Of a stretch of DNA of 64,000 nucleotides, positions 36,201 to 47,294 are shown one piece after another. The stretch spans positions 3,720,001-3,784,000 of the forward strand of contig CM106585.1 in the NCBI GenBank assembly GCA_048013815.1. Direction: 5' to 3'. Under the pieces are notes generated by a model. It was not told the origin of the DNA and ran no database searches. It saw only the letters and a program-made list of their open reading frames with translations. The translations under genes and the position numbers were made by a program. Numbering within the stretch: position 1 is the first letter of the stretch; each line of letters begins with the position of its first letter. The stretch is from Setoptus koraiensis (lineage: Eukaryota > Animalia > Arthropoda).

Positions 36201-39200
36201 CCGGTGCCGCGGGTTGCTGTTGCGACTCTGGCACCGGCTGTGGGCATAATTCTCGAGTTGCAGTGACAGTGGACTGCACAGCAACTGGAGAATTATGCCC
36301 ACTGCCGACGGTGCCAGAGTGAGCATCGCCTGTGCACAGGTGAGCAGCGCCACAAGAGCGGCCGATGGCGGCCAGCAACAACAGGTGATATGACGAGCAG
36401 CCGGCGAAAAAGAATGCTCAATTGTCGTCTTGTTGTTACATAACACTGTCACTGACACTGTCCAACAGTGACTGTTGTGGCTGGCAACTTGTGCGACGAC
36501 GACGACGACCACGACCACGACGACAACAACAATTTGCGCGGACGCTGCGCCAACGCCGTCAATGGCGGCTCAAATTCGCAGCGCCAGCGACGGCCAATTC
36601 AATGAATTCCCATTGAAGCTTCTCAGTGGACTTGTGTGAGTCACAAGTTGTGACTCTTCGAAACGCATACGCACACACGAAGACCGGATAAAAGGGCCGG
36701 CGGATCGCAGTTGCGGCGATCGCTGTCGCGCCGCCAATGACGCCCGGCAGCCTTACTCGGCCTTACACGGCGTGTATAACTATTGCTACTCATTCGAACT
36801 CATCGACAATTGGCAGACAATTCGTACAAGCGGCATTGCGCAACAATGCCAGTGACAGTGATAGCCGCAGTGACAGTCGCTGAGCCAGCAACGACAACAA
36901 CGACGACAACAACAATGACAACCATTCACTGTCACCTATAAATACACAATGGCATCATCGCAAGCGCACTGGCCGCTCACGGTGAAAGTGAGCCGTGAGC
37001 CAAACATTACATAATGCGCCATATTATAATGCTGCTTGCCACGACATCGCGCCACATTATAGGACAAGGCAAGCAAACAAAAGTGACTAGAAACGCACCA
37101 TCGAACGAACAAATCTCGGCCCGATTCGCCCGTCAGAGGCCCCGTCGCCGGCCCGTGGATGCGGGCCGGCCCGCTGGCAACAGGTGCGTCTGTCGTGCTT
37201 TGATTTTCAGTGGCGGGAGCGCGATATTTAACTCAACGCTTCCAATGCAATGTGCAATTCGATATGCATATTTTCATGGTTATATCATCGTTCATTTGAT
37301 TGCGCTCGCACCGGAACGCCGCTCAACGGCCGCATGTTGCCGCTATATCCGCCGTCGTGTATAACGTCGTGTATAATTGGGTACAATGTGTTGCATATTG
37401 TGGGGTGTGTGCTGGAAAATGCGGGCCCGACGACGCGAACGCGAATATCGGGCGCTCATTATAGGCCGCACGAGGGCAGCGAGTCATTTGTCGTCAACCA
37501 GCTACTACTTTCTCACACAAACCGGCCTGTCAGACACTTGACAGCGTCAGGTTGACGGGCCGGCCCAGCACCGCCCCTGCTCACGGGCTCTCGGGCTACC
37601 TGTGACGGCGCGACAGTGTCATAAGATAACTATAATAAGATGACTTGGAGACGCACAGTTTGTGTGCGTGCGCGGACCTCACCTGTCGACGGGCCCGTGC
37701 GCCGCTAGCCGCGAACAGCTTACTGTTGGCCGCGCACACTCCTCTCAATTGCATCAATGGCGACTGGCCTCAACACTGACAATATATGAGACACACAACC
37801 AATCACTAATTAGGTAATTAGCACTGGCTGGCGTTGCGTCATGGCGTCAAGAGCCGTCAATTGAGCCCGATGGGCAGCTAGCACGTGCAGCTCGCTTGGG
37901 TTTGTTGCCTGTGATGGAAGCCTGTGAATACGTGAATACTAGATAATACGTGAATATTAGATTGGCAATGAATTGGCAGCCATTGTAAATTTGAGAATTT
38001 GTCTCCGGCGCGCACAGTGGCAAGAGGCCATAAACAACAACAATGACACGATGAGAGAGATTTTGAGACACATTTGACACATAACTGGCACCAGAGAACG
38101 GACAAGAAAGTATCACTTTTGCGCACACTGCTGACAAGGTGTCAGCGGACAAGGTGTCAAACGAGCAGCTGACGACGGCCGGCTGCAAAGGTGTGCCATG
38201 AGCTGTGCTGGCGCGAGGGGGATAATTGTTGGTTTGATCAGCGTCGTCGCTATTATCTGGCCATTTTCGGCGCTCACATCGACAGCGAGTCAGTTATTCA
38301 GTTTGTGTGTCCGATTGGCAGTTGTGGAAGCGCTCGATTCATTTCGCTTCTTTCGGCACTCGCAACGTCGTTTCGAATACGGCGAGTATCGCATTTCCAG
38401 TGGCCAGCATTCGAATTTCGAATGGGCAGTGCGCTGGTCAGCGTTGACATCAGGTGGACAAGTTGCGCGTCTTGCAAGCACCGCCAGCCTCGCAAGTTGT
38501 CCAACGGCTCAGCTTGCAGCGGCCAATGGATTAGATAGGGCGCGTTGTTGAGCTCGTGTATTGTGTGTTGGGGCGATTTCATGTGACGAGCGTGGGAATT
38601 CGCACTCACACACACACACACACACATGACAGTGTGGTTCGCAAAAAGAAGCTGCAAAAAGAATTCGGAATTCGGAGGAATTCACTCGACGACAAGCGCT
38701 CCTGTTTTTGCGGTCGCGCTCGCACTTGTGCCCGTGAGCATGGATTCCGAAAGAATCGGCGAAAATCGGCGAGAACCGGCGAGATTCGACAAGAGAAAAG
38801 ACAAGAGAAAAGACCCACTCGACGAAGGGTCTAACCAACGCGCAAAACAAACAAAGTGACAAATGATGTAATTACCTTTTTTCTTTTGCTTCTGCGAGTC
38901 CTGCGAGTTTGAGCTCTGGTCGTCGTCGTCCATCATGTGATTGGTTCCGTGGCTCAGCATGTCCAGATCGTGTTGCAGTTGCTCGGCGCTGGCCATGGCA
39001 ACCTGATGCTGATGCAAATGAGCGTGATGCTGCACTTGTTGTTGCTGTTGTTGTTGCTGTTGATGGATTGTGGCACTTGTTGCGGCGGCTTGATTTGATT
39101 GGCTGGCCGTTGCTGTTGCTGCTGATGAGTTGTTGTTGGAACTGTTGTTGTTGTTGTTGTTGTTGCTGTTGTTTTGGTTGTTTGTTGTGGCCAAAATATC

Positions 39201-39692
39201 TAAATGTTGACTTAGCGAGTGATGATGATTGTGATTTAATTGATGATGGTGACTATTTAAATTGTGATGAGTCAATTGATGATGATGGGCCACAGCGGCA
39301 ACAACACTGCTGGCGGCCGATGTTGCGTTTGCGCCGCCAACCGCCGGGCCGCTATTTGCGCCGTTTGTTTGAGCATGCTGATGATGATGATGGTTTAAAT
39401 GATGATTTAAATGATGATGATGATGATTTAAGTGATGATGATGCGCCGCGGCTGCAGTCAGAGCAACGGCGGCGGCCGCGTTCACGGCGCCCACGGGTAA
39501 ACCGTCCGTGGCACCGTTGGCGACACCAATGACATTGTTGTAATTAGAATGCACATGATGCGACAAATGATTCAATTGATGATGATGACTGTTCAAATGA
39601 TGGTGACTGTTCAAATGGTGATGATGGTGACCATTCAAATGATGATGGCTGGCCATCAGTTCGGCGCCTATATAATGATTGTACTCGCTCAT
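4679..39692 (-). CDS. Pax2/5/8: Pax2/5/8 (shaven/sparkling-like) paired-box transcription factor; proposed join 39692-38876, 17683-17512, 13547-13350, 13162-11670, 6787-4868, 4752-4679 (4674 nt, ~1557 aa)
   Basis: Complete paired domain with the Pax2/5/8-diagnostic SRQLRVSH, octapeptide YSINGILG and C-terminal SPYYYSA. All five introns are GT-AG, phases match (1,2,2,1,1) and the total length is divisible by 3. Confidence 0.9.
4868..6787 (-). CDS. Pax2/5/8: Pax2/5/8 exon 5, 1920 nt, low-complexity Q/H/N/S/A-rich
   Basis: Acceptor caacag|GG and donor TATAA|GTGAGT; corresponds to track ORF 4800-6779; phase 1 at both ends. Confidence 0.82.
7789..7845. repeat. (TC)n microsatellite, ~28 units
   Basis: Read directly. 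Confidence 0.97.
10556..10620. repeat. 9-bp tandem repeat (TTCACTATA), ~7 degenerate copies
   Basis: Read directly. Confidence 0.9.
11586..11645. repeat. 15-bp tandem repeat (ATAGATCACACCATC), ~4 copies, just inside a Pax intron near the donor
   Basis: Read directly. Confidence 0.88.
11670..13162 (-). CDS. Pax2/5/8: Pax2/5/8 exon 4 (end of paired domain IVRNKAAE, octapeptide YSINGILG, polyQ/H)
   Basis: Acceptor ctacag|AATCGTG, donor AACG|GTGAGT; the octapeptide is in frame. Confidence 0.9.
13168..13262. repeat. 10-bp tandem repeats (GCGGACATTT / GCGGATCGGT) filling about half of the 187-bp Pax intron
   Basis: Read directly. Confidence 0.9.
13350..13547 (-). CDS. Pax2/5/8: Pax2/5/8 paired-domain exon (RED subdomain), 198 nt
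   Basis: [25 protein letters not shown]...[10 protein letters not shown]...PSVSSINR; acceptor caccag|G, donor AACAG|GTACGT. Confidence 0.97.
14964..15012. repeat. (CA)n microsatellite, ~24 units
   Basis: Read directly. Confidence 0.97.
17291..17366. repeat. 16-bp tandem repeat (CCCAACGTCGGCCGGT), ~4.5 copies
   Basis: Read directly. Confidence 0.92.
17512..17683 (-). CDS. Pax2/5/8: Pax2/5/8 paired-domain exon (PAI subdomain), 172 nt
   Basis: [58 protein letters not shown]; acceptor caccag|GC, donor GGCAG|GTAAGT. Confidence 0.97.
21075..21222. repeat. Non-coding degenerate (GTT/GTC/GCT)n trinucleotide array
   Basis: Read directly; a similar array lies at ~18845-18955. Confidence 0.9.
23567..23663. 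repeat. 22-bp tandem repeat (CAATATCGCCCTGATATCACAC), 3+ copies
   Basis: Read directly. Confidence 0.92.
24601..24613 (-). promoter_or_regulatory. Candidate paired-domain (Pax6/Pax2/5/8-type) binding site
   Basis: Minus strand reads TTCACGCTTCAAT-TCAC, matching the P6CON-type consensus TTCACGCWTSANTKMNY at every specified position. Confidence 0.5.
32575..32610. repeat. Perfect 36-bp palindrome CTCTAGACTCTAGAGTCTAGACTCTAGAGTCTAGAG
   Basis: Equals its own reverse complement; built from TCTAGA units. Confidence 0.95.
32723..32765. promoter_or_regulatory. Homotypic cluster of three ACAGGTGA E-boxes
   Basis: Copies start at 32723, 32742 and 32758, with a related ACAGGTAA at 32703. Confidence 0.5.
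35753..35857. repeat. 18-bp tandem repeat (TCGGAGCTTCGCCGCTCG), ~6 copies
   Basis: Read directly; copies are identical. Confidence 0.96.
38876..39692 (-). CDS. Pax2/5/8: Probable first coding exon of Pax2/5/8 (His/Asn/Gln-rich N-terminus)
   Basis: First ATG (MSEYNHY) at 39692; phase-1 donor AAAAAAG|GTAATT matches the phase-1 acceptor at 17683 to give KKK-GHGG. Composition matches the other Pax exons. Additional small exons in the 21-kb intron are not excluded. Confidence 0.72.
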
Positions 39693-42600
39693 GCTGACTT
39701 TGGCTGGATTTGGCGACTGCTCGGGCCTCAATACGACAGCATCTCAGCAGCTCACCTGTTGCACTGTGTCTATTCTTGTGTTTGTAATTGTGGCTTGAGA
39801 TTTGTGATTTCCGGTCACTATAATTGTGATAATTATTGTTGTTTCTGTTGGTTCAATCAGTTGCGAGTTGCAACTCGCTGATAACTTGCTATATGTTTTG
39901 CATAAATTTGAATGCCGGTAGGTTTGAATTGCAGCAATTGATTTGATGACTCACTGATTCACCTGTTTTGGGTCACGGCCGCTGTGGGCCAATACAACTT
40001 GACGTGTGTGTGTGTGTGTGTGTTGCGCAATTTGTCGCGATTCGTTTCGACAAATCCGTTTCGGCGAGTCTTGGTCGAATCTCTAAATCTCTGCAGAATT
40101 TTCTCTGTCTCTGTGTGTGTGTCTCTCGCGATCAGCTTGCAACGACCGACAACAACAACAACAACAAAGCACGACAACGGTTATCGTGGTGGACAAATCG
40201 TTTCTCTCGCAATCTCGCTCTGTCTCTCTAGTGGGCACAACGAGCGCGCGTACAACAATAAAAACAATGCTACTTACACGACAAACCCGACCAAACTATT
40301 ATCAATGAATTCATTTTTGGCCCTGTGCGCATGCGTGCTCTTGAAAGTCGCCCTCGCGCGCATGCGCGCCCGCCACAACTCCCACTACATCGAGCGAGCA
40401 GCGAACGAGCGAATTCTCTCTCTCGCTGCGTTCTCTCGTTGCGTTCTCTTGCTCCAAGTTCCAAGTTCGAACTGTGCCGAATGTTCTAAATTGGGCACAA
40501 TTCTCTGCGAACTCCTAATTGAATTGCTGCTGCCGCTGCCGCCGAATGTTGATCAGTGTTGCACTGGCGTAACAGCACACACGAGAGGTTGCCGCCCCCG
40601 CACGGCGTCAATTCGAACTCGGCGGCAAACAGGCCAACAGTTACTTTTGAGCTGCTCGTTATTTGTTTATCTCTGATCCAGTGCGCTAAACAACGCGTTG
40701 AGTAGCGAGAATTCTGTGTATTTCCATTCGAATATATTTTATATCATAATATTTGCACTCCATTCTATCAGAATATGATGAAAATATTACAGTAGAGAAA
40801 CGAGCGGCGAAAGAACGCCGCCAGCTGACACCGGTCGACAATGCGCCGAAATGGAAATGAATCGAGAAGCCGATAAAATAAGCGCCACAGCGGCAATATT
40901 TATTAATTAATATTAACAACGTGGCGGATATCGGCAAACTAATGGTCAGAATGCTGCCGTCGCTAGAATTGAGCACGCCAGATCCAGTTGAACGAGGCAA
41001 CAAACAAACGAATAATGACAACAGGACATTTCGAGCACGCCAGAGCAAGAAAGAAAGTGTTGCAATCAACTCACAACCCTGCCGACAAACGAACGATTCT
41101 CTTGTTTTTGACTTGTTTTCGACTTGTTTTCGACTTGTTTTTCGAATCAATTCAATTTCACTCTATGCTGTATTCACTCGACACTTGTAACAACACCAAA
41201 ATATGTAATCGTGACTGACTTCCGGTCATTTGTGCCACGCCGTCGCTTGCAACAATCGATGATGTTGCAGTGTAATGAGTATAATGATCAGCTGGCCACC
41301 ATTCAAATCACCATACGAACATCGGGCAAACATTATAAAAAAAAATTATTTACAGGTGAATATCTGGCCAGTTGTGCTTTGTAGTTGTGATTGGTTCATT
41401 TTTATCGACTCGTCTACCGACTTGTCGAGCGCCCGACAGCCGATCGAATCAGGCTACCAGAACGACTCGATTTTGGGCAGACATTCAGACACTTTTGAGC
41501 CTGTCGCTGGATTGGATTCATTTGATACTATTTCCATTTGGTGTGCGTCTGAAATAGCTTGGGCTGACACCCTGAAAAATGCAGCCCAAGTAGCAGTGGA
41601 ATTTCTTCGTGTTCACTTTATGTGTATGTGTGTGTGTGTGAGCTAATTAACAAAGCTGCCAGCTTGCCGTTTTCTTGGAATGTTTGCCAATCGAGAGAGA
41701 GAGAGAGAGACATTATTATTTTTGTCGCCAATACTGATGTGATCGCGGGCTAGACAGCGCACCGCACACACATGTACAAAATAATAATGTCACTCATTAT
41801 CCACGGTTGCAGTGTAGAGTTGATCTTGAAAATAACAACAACACGACATGACAAGGTATTCAAATTATGTGCAACTAGTGAAAAAAAGTCATATAGGTTC
41901 GTATAGCAGTGAGCCCGGCAATTGATGTATTGTAATTATCTAACGTAATTATCATATTGCACGCACTGTGTCTTTATTTATTTATTTAATTGTGGCCGTC
42001 ATTAATTTGTGCCATCTCACCTTTTGCTAGTGTCACCTGTCTTTTTCTAATATCGCCAGCCAGTTAGCCGACACTGCCAACCATTGCCAGCCTAACAATA
42101 GCCTTGAATAGCGAGCGATCACATCAGTGCGGTTTCTTCTGTTCGGAGGAGCCACAATATTCATACGACGACAGCATAGACTTATTTGATTTGTCAATCC
42201 GAATTTATTTATTTTTTTATTCATTTTCTCGTACACGCTGTGGAGGCAACAATGTGTGCGTTTCCATGACAACAATGAATCGCATGATGAAAGTTCATTA
42301 GGAGATGACGCAAACACACTGATGATAATAATAATAATAATAATTTTGACAATGACAATAATAAACTTGTTGTTCGCAAACTAGACTGCACTGTCTGACA
42401 GAGCAGTCGCAAATTAATAGGCGATTCAATTGGCGGCCCTCGTTAGCGCCCGTCACAGTGACACTATGTGGCGCATAGACCATCCATGATAGACGCTGAC
42501 GATTGTCGCTGGCCGATGTCGTGCGCTTTGCAAATAATTTCCTAATAATAATAATTTTTTTGACAGGCCGCCAAGCCATCCAACGGCCGGACACAAAGTT

Positions 42601-43738
42601 TGACGAGCGGCGCCGATCCACCAATTTTTGCCGGCAATTTGGTTCGCCGGCTGGCGTCTTGTTGCTTGCACTTCCGGTGAGCTCAAACGCGGCCCAATAC
42701 GCGCCATTTAAACGCCGCCGCCGCGGCTCACATTTAAACCACTGACCACTGATTCAAGCCACACTGAGACCACACAACAGGTGCCACAGTTTGAGCCATC
42801 AAGCCAGTGTGTGTGTGTGTCGCATAGTTGTCATTATGCAAATTATCGCGTGTCATAAGAAGCTGCCCGCTTGCGTACACGCCCCACGTTTCTCAGGCTC
42901 CGTCGGCTCTCATTCACCTGTTGCCCGCTGCCACCAGACGCTCAGTGCCACAGGAAAGCCACACACGTCGATGCGCCGACACCATATGATATCATATGAG
43001 ACCACATGAGATCATATGAGATCATATGAGACCATATGACTCATATGATACGAGACCATGTGAGGACAGGTGAGGACAGGTGAGCATCGAGCGACGCTCA
43101 ATGGTCAGTTGCGACAATCGAGACAAGTCTGTGGTGACAACATCACACAATCACACTATCACAAATCATCGCAAGTCAGTGAGATCGGACAATCAAATTA
43201 TTGCAACTATGCAATTGACATGATAATTATATGCACAAAGTTTATTTGTTTGGCCTGTGTTCCACTTGTGGCCTCGCCGGCTCCATTGGCCGGCCTTTAT
43301 TTATTTTATGTGGCCTTTATTTATTTTGTTTGGCCTTCATTTATCTTATAAGGCCTTCATTTGATTTTATTTGGCTTTTATTCATTTTATCTGGCTTTTG
43401 TTTGGCGTGATCTGACTTGCCAGCCGGCAGCTTGCTTATTTCGCCAACGGCACCAACAATAACAACTGGCAAACTTGAGCATTCACCATCATCGTTTCTT
43501 CATCAAACGATTTCCGTCGGCTGCGTGCGGTCAGCCCGCAGCAACATCCGTCATACGCGGGCCTCAGTCATTGATGGTTTGCTGTTGGGCCGCAATCCGT
43601 TCCGTGGCCGAATCCGTGGCTTGTGCCGCCCGGTTACGCAAGCCCGACAATGTGCGGTTCGGCGGCGACAGTAGCGACTCTCGGCCCGAGAGTCTCGGGC
43701 CAGCGCCGGCTGGCTGCCGGGCGGATCAACGGGCGCTA

Positions 43739-43809
43739 CCAGAGTGTCGATGCGCCAGAGTGTCGATGCGCCAGAGTATCGATGCGCCAGAGCGTCGATG
43801 AACCAGAGT
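43739..43809. repeat. 16-bp tandem repeat (CCAGAGTGTCGATGCG), ~4 copies
   Basis: Read directly. Confidence 0.9.
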
Positions 43810-45357
43810 CGGCAGAGTTGGCGATGGACCCAAAGTTGTGCAAAATGATACAATAATTGTTGGTTGGTCGCCGATAAAATCGTTGTCTGTATCATTACGA
43901 AGCTGCCCCGCGTGTTTCAGTTCAGTTCCGTTAGGTTCGCTCCGGGTTGCAAGTGACCGTTGCCGGGACTCGTGTTTTAATTCAAAAAATGCCAATAATT
44001 GAGCGCTGGCAGCGCGCAAACAATCGCCGGGCCGAAGCGCGTTTCAGTGTGTCATCTCGCTCAGATCGCCTGAGTTATCATTATCGGTTTGCCCGCTAAC
44101 GGTGATAGGTGACCACTGACGCGCGCCGTTTTGCGTAGATCGGGCTCAAATTGCAAAAATTTATGGCACTTTTATCGCAAGTGAATAAGAGCGCCACAAC
44201 TTGGCAACGAGTAAAACTGCAATAATTCTCTGGCATCGCGACCAGAGAAACGCGCAACAAAAATGGGGCCAAAGTCGACGCCAGTCGAGCTGCCGTGATT
44301 GTCCGCGTTGCTTGGGCCGCGCGAATGGCGATTGTTGTGGGCGTGCACTGGCCGCTCGTCAGGCCGGGACGCCCGCTCCGTCCGCCGGCCAGTATCACCT
44401 GGCGCCTGCACGTGCTGCGGCCGTTACACTGGCCGCAACATTTGCAACTGGAATTATCGGCGCTGCCCATCGGGCATCAAGGTGAGCCAACGGCCAGCGG
44501 CAAGCAGTGGTCAGTTCGCAGTTTGCGTCGTCGTTTGCGTCGGTGTTTGCGTCGGTGTTTGGGGCCGGCCATTGCCGAATGCGGCCAGCGATTGCCAAAT
44601 ATGACCAGTGAGTGTGTGTGACGTGAATGAAGACGACCGGCGATGATGAGCCCGCAACGGCGGCCAACAATGAATGAAAGTGACAGCAATTCAGAAATAA
44701 ACAATGATGCGGCCATGTAATTATCGTCGCTCGTGCTGGCTCTTGCGGCGGCCCGATCCGCGCCGGCCGCCGCCGCTCGTCTGTCCCGCTCGCCCGTCTG
44801 TCCCGCTCGCTCGTCTGTCCCGCTCGCCCGTCATCGGGCCTCATCTTGCGATCATGCGGCATGGTGGGCTGGTGCGCGCGTCCCCGGCCGGCCCGGCCGA
44901 CCCGCAACTGTCGCGGCCAATCGCAGCTGGAGCCGTGCGTGTCCGCAGTCGATTCGATTAGCCGCCCGTCGGACGGAGCGCGAGTTACAAGTTGACGCAC
45001 GGTTGCTGGCTGGACAGTATTGTTTGTCATTATTTTGTGTCGCCGGTGGCGGCCGTCATTATTGGCACCACTTAATCGCTTCATGCGATGCCTAATGATG
45101 CGAACCGCGATCGGCATCAACGCGCCCGTACACGATGATATAAAATATCACTTGCTTCTGTCGGGCAGACGACGCACGACGGGCCGCGCGAATATTGGCC
45201 GGCACACCGAAGCGTTCTTTTGGCCAGCAGATCGAAGCGTTCTCTTGGCCAGAAGTGCAACTCGGGCACCGCAACACGGCGCATCACGGAAGCATCGATC
45301 AAGTGGAGCAATCGCTGGCAGTGTGTGTGTGTGTAGGCAATTGCGCTAACGGGAATG

Positions 45358-46256
45358 CTACGAAAATTGGCCCAATATTTCGGATATTGGCCGCCGGCGA
45401 CGCTGCTGTTGCTGTCCATTGTTTATAATGACGCCGGCGTCCCTTTCAAAGTCACCTGCCGCTGCCCTCCAATTAGCTGTCCAGTTCAATTTCGAATTCG
45501 CATTCGCATTCGCATTCGAATCCAAATTCGAATTGGCGTTCGCAGTGACATTGATACTTGACGGATAGAAAACAAACGGCCCAGCCTGGTCCACCGCGCT
45601 GCCCGAACAAACGCCGGCAACAGGTTCGCTGCCCGCTCCCGACCGGCCGCTCTCCCGCTGCCGCTCCAGATGGCGCGCCTCCTCGCGGCGCCACCACTCG
45701 AACGGGTCCCGCTTTGTGTCGCTGTCGCCCTGTTCCTGCTGCTGCTGACGCTGTTGCTGCTGCTGCTGCAATCTGTCCATTGACGGTGCTCTATAGTTTC
45801 TGTTCAATGTCGCCGAGTTTCTCGCCAACGCCGCCGCCGCTGCCGATGCACCAATTATTCCCGATGGCGGCCCGAGCGCCGCTTGTGCGCCCGGCCCCCT
45901 GTTGTATAACAGTGTGGGCGGGGCGCTCATCTCACGCCAGTGCGGTACGGGTGCGGACGCGGCCGTAGCTGCTGCGGTGGCCGGCGTCGCATACAACAAG
46001 TGGCTGCTCATTGTGGGGCCCAAATTGGTGCAGCTCGAGTCTAGGCAAAACGACCTGAGAGTGGAGCTCGAGGAACAGGTGGAGTCAGCTGATGGCGGCC
46101 TCCTGTCCGCGGACGACAGCTGACAGTTGTTGTTGTTGTTGATGATATTGTTGTTGGTGTTGATGTTGTTGTTGTTGTTGTTGTTGGTGCTGCTGGTGTT
46201 GCTGGATGCGTGATTGCCGTTGGTCCATCTCTCGGTCGATTGTTTGGCGCTGTAAT
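45358..46256 (-). CDS. Tentative terminal exon 3 of the same gene
   Basis: Part of track ORF 45358-46641; the phase-1 acceptor gaaacag|AT fits the 48389 donor. Protein-like segment RDPFEWWRREEARHLERQ; weak acceptor context. Confidence 0.45.
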
Positions 46257-47240
46257 CTGTTTCGATTGTCGTCGTTGGATGGTGCGTGCGTTTGTTTGCG
46301 TGAGGTGCCGGTAGGGAAGAAAACAGAAAGAGGTCAGTGGATGATGTTGACTGGATTGCCGTCGCTTCATTCAGTCGGTTTAGTCGGTTTAGTCGGTTTA
46401 GCTGGTTCGGTTGGTTGGGGCCGGCAACGTTCGGCTGTGAGCGAGGCAGACTGGAACAGGAGCGAACAATTATGCAAATTGTGGCCGCTGCGCCGGTTGT
46501 CCGCAACTGACCGCGCGGCCCGCGCGGTGTCTCTCGTTGGGTCGGGCCGGGCGTTTTCTGGCAACCAGCCAAGGGCTCGACGCACAGCGACAGAGCGAGC
46601 GAAAGCGACTTGCCCAAGATGACAGACCTATAATGGGCCAAGTTGGCGAGCGGTTAATGATGGCAACAGCGGTAGAGTCACGTCCGCGCGGTCGCGTTTA
46701 AACAATCGCCGGTTCGCATTCGCAGCCAACGAAGAAGCCAGCGGCACCAAACGTCATTCATTCATAATAATGATAACAGCGCGACAATAATAATAATAAT
46801 AATATATAATAGTGTGCCTTTTGTCAGTCCAATCATGGCCGTCAGTTGGCAGCGAGTTTATGAATGAACTGACTTGAAAACATTTTTAAACAATGGCCAC
46901 TCGCTAATGCGTGTGTGTGTGTGTTGCGCCAGTGAGAGTCATGATCGCGATGATTACGTAATTCATAACATCAACTCAAGCTGCTGATCGCTGTCAGTAA
47001 TTACTGCCCATTTCCGTTGCATGGCAGTGGCGCAGTGTGGCCACTTGTTGTTGGCCAACTGCCGGTCAGCTGATGGTTAGCAGTTGCTATATCAATGCAC
47101 CAGCGGCATCTATGACGCGTCTTGCGCCACTATCGTTGTTTTAATCACCTGACGAGACTTGGCTTGTGGGCTCAGCAGCTGACCGGACTGTCACTGATGT
47201 TATGTCACCATTGTCACCAGTTGATACAATTGCAACTGGC

Positions 47241-47241
<1 letters not shown>

Positions 47242-47293
<52 letters not shown>
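47242..47293. repeat. (AC)n microsatellite, ~26 units
   Basis: Read directly. Confidence 0.97.

Positions 47294-47294
<1 letters not shown>

Noticed and set aside
16316-38598. Two high-affinity Su(H)-type sites CGTGGGAA (16316-16323 minus, 38591-38598 plus)
   Set aside because: Biologically plausible for a shaven-like gene, but about two copies of any 8-mer are expected by chance in 64 kb.
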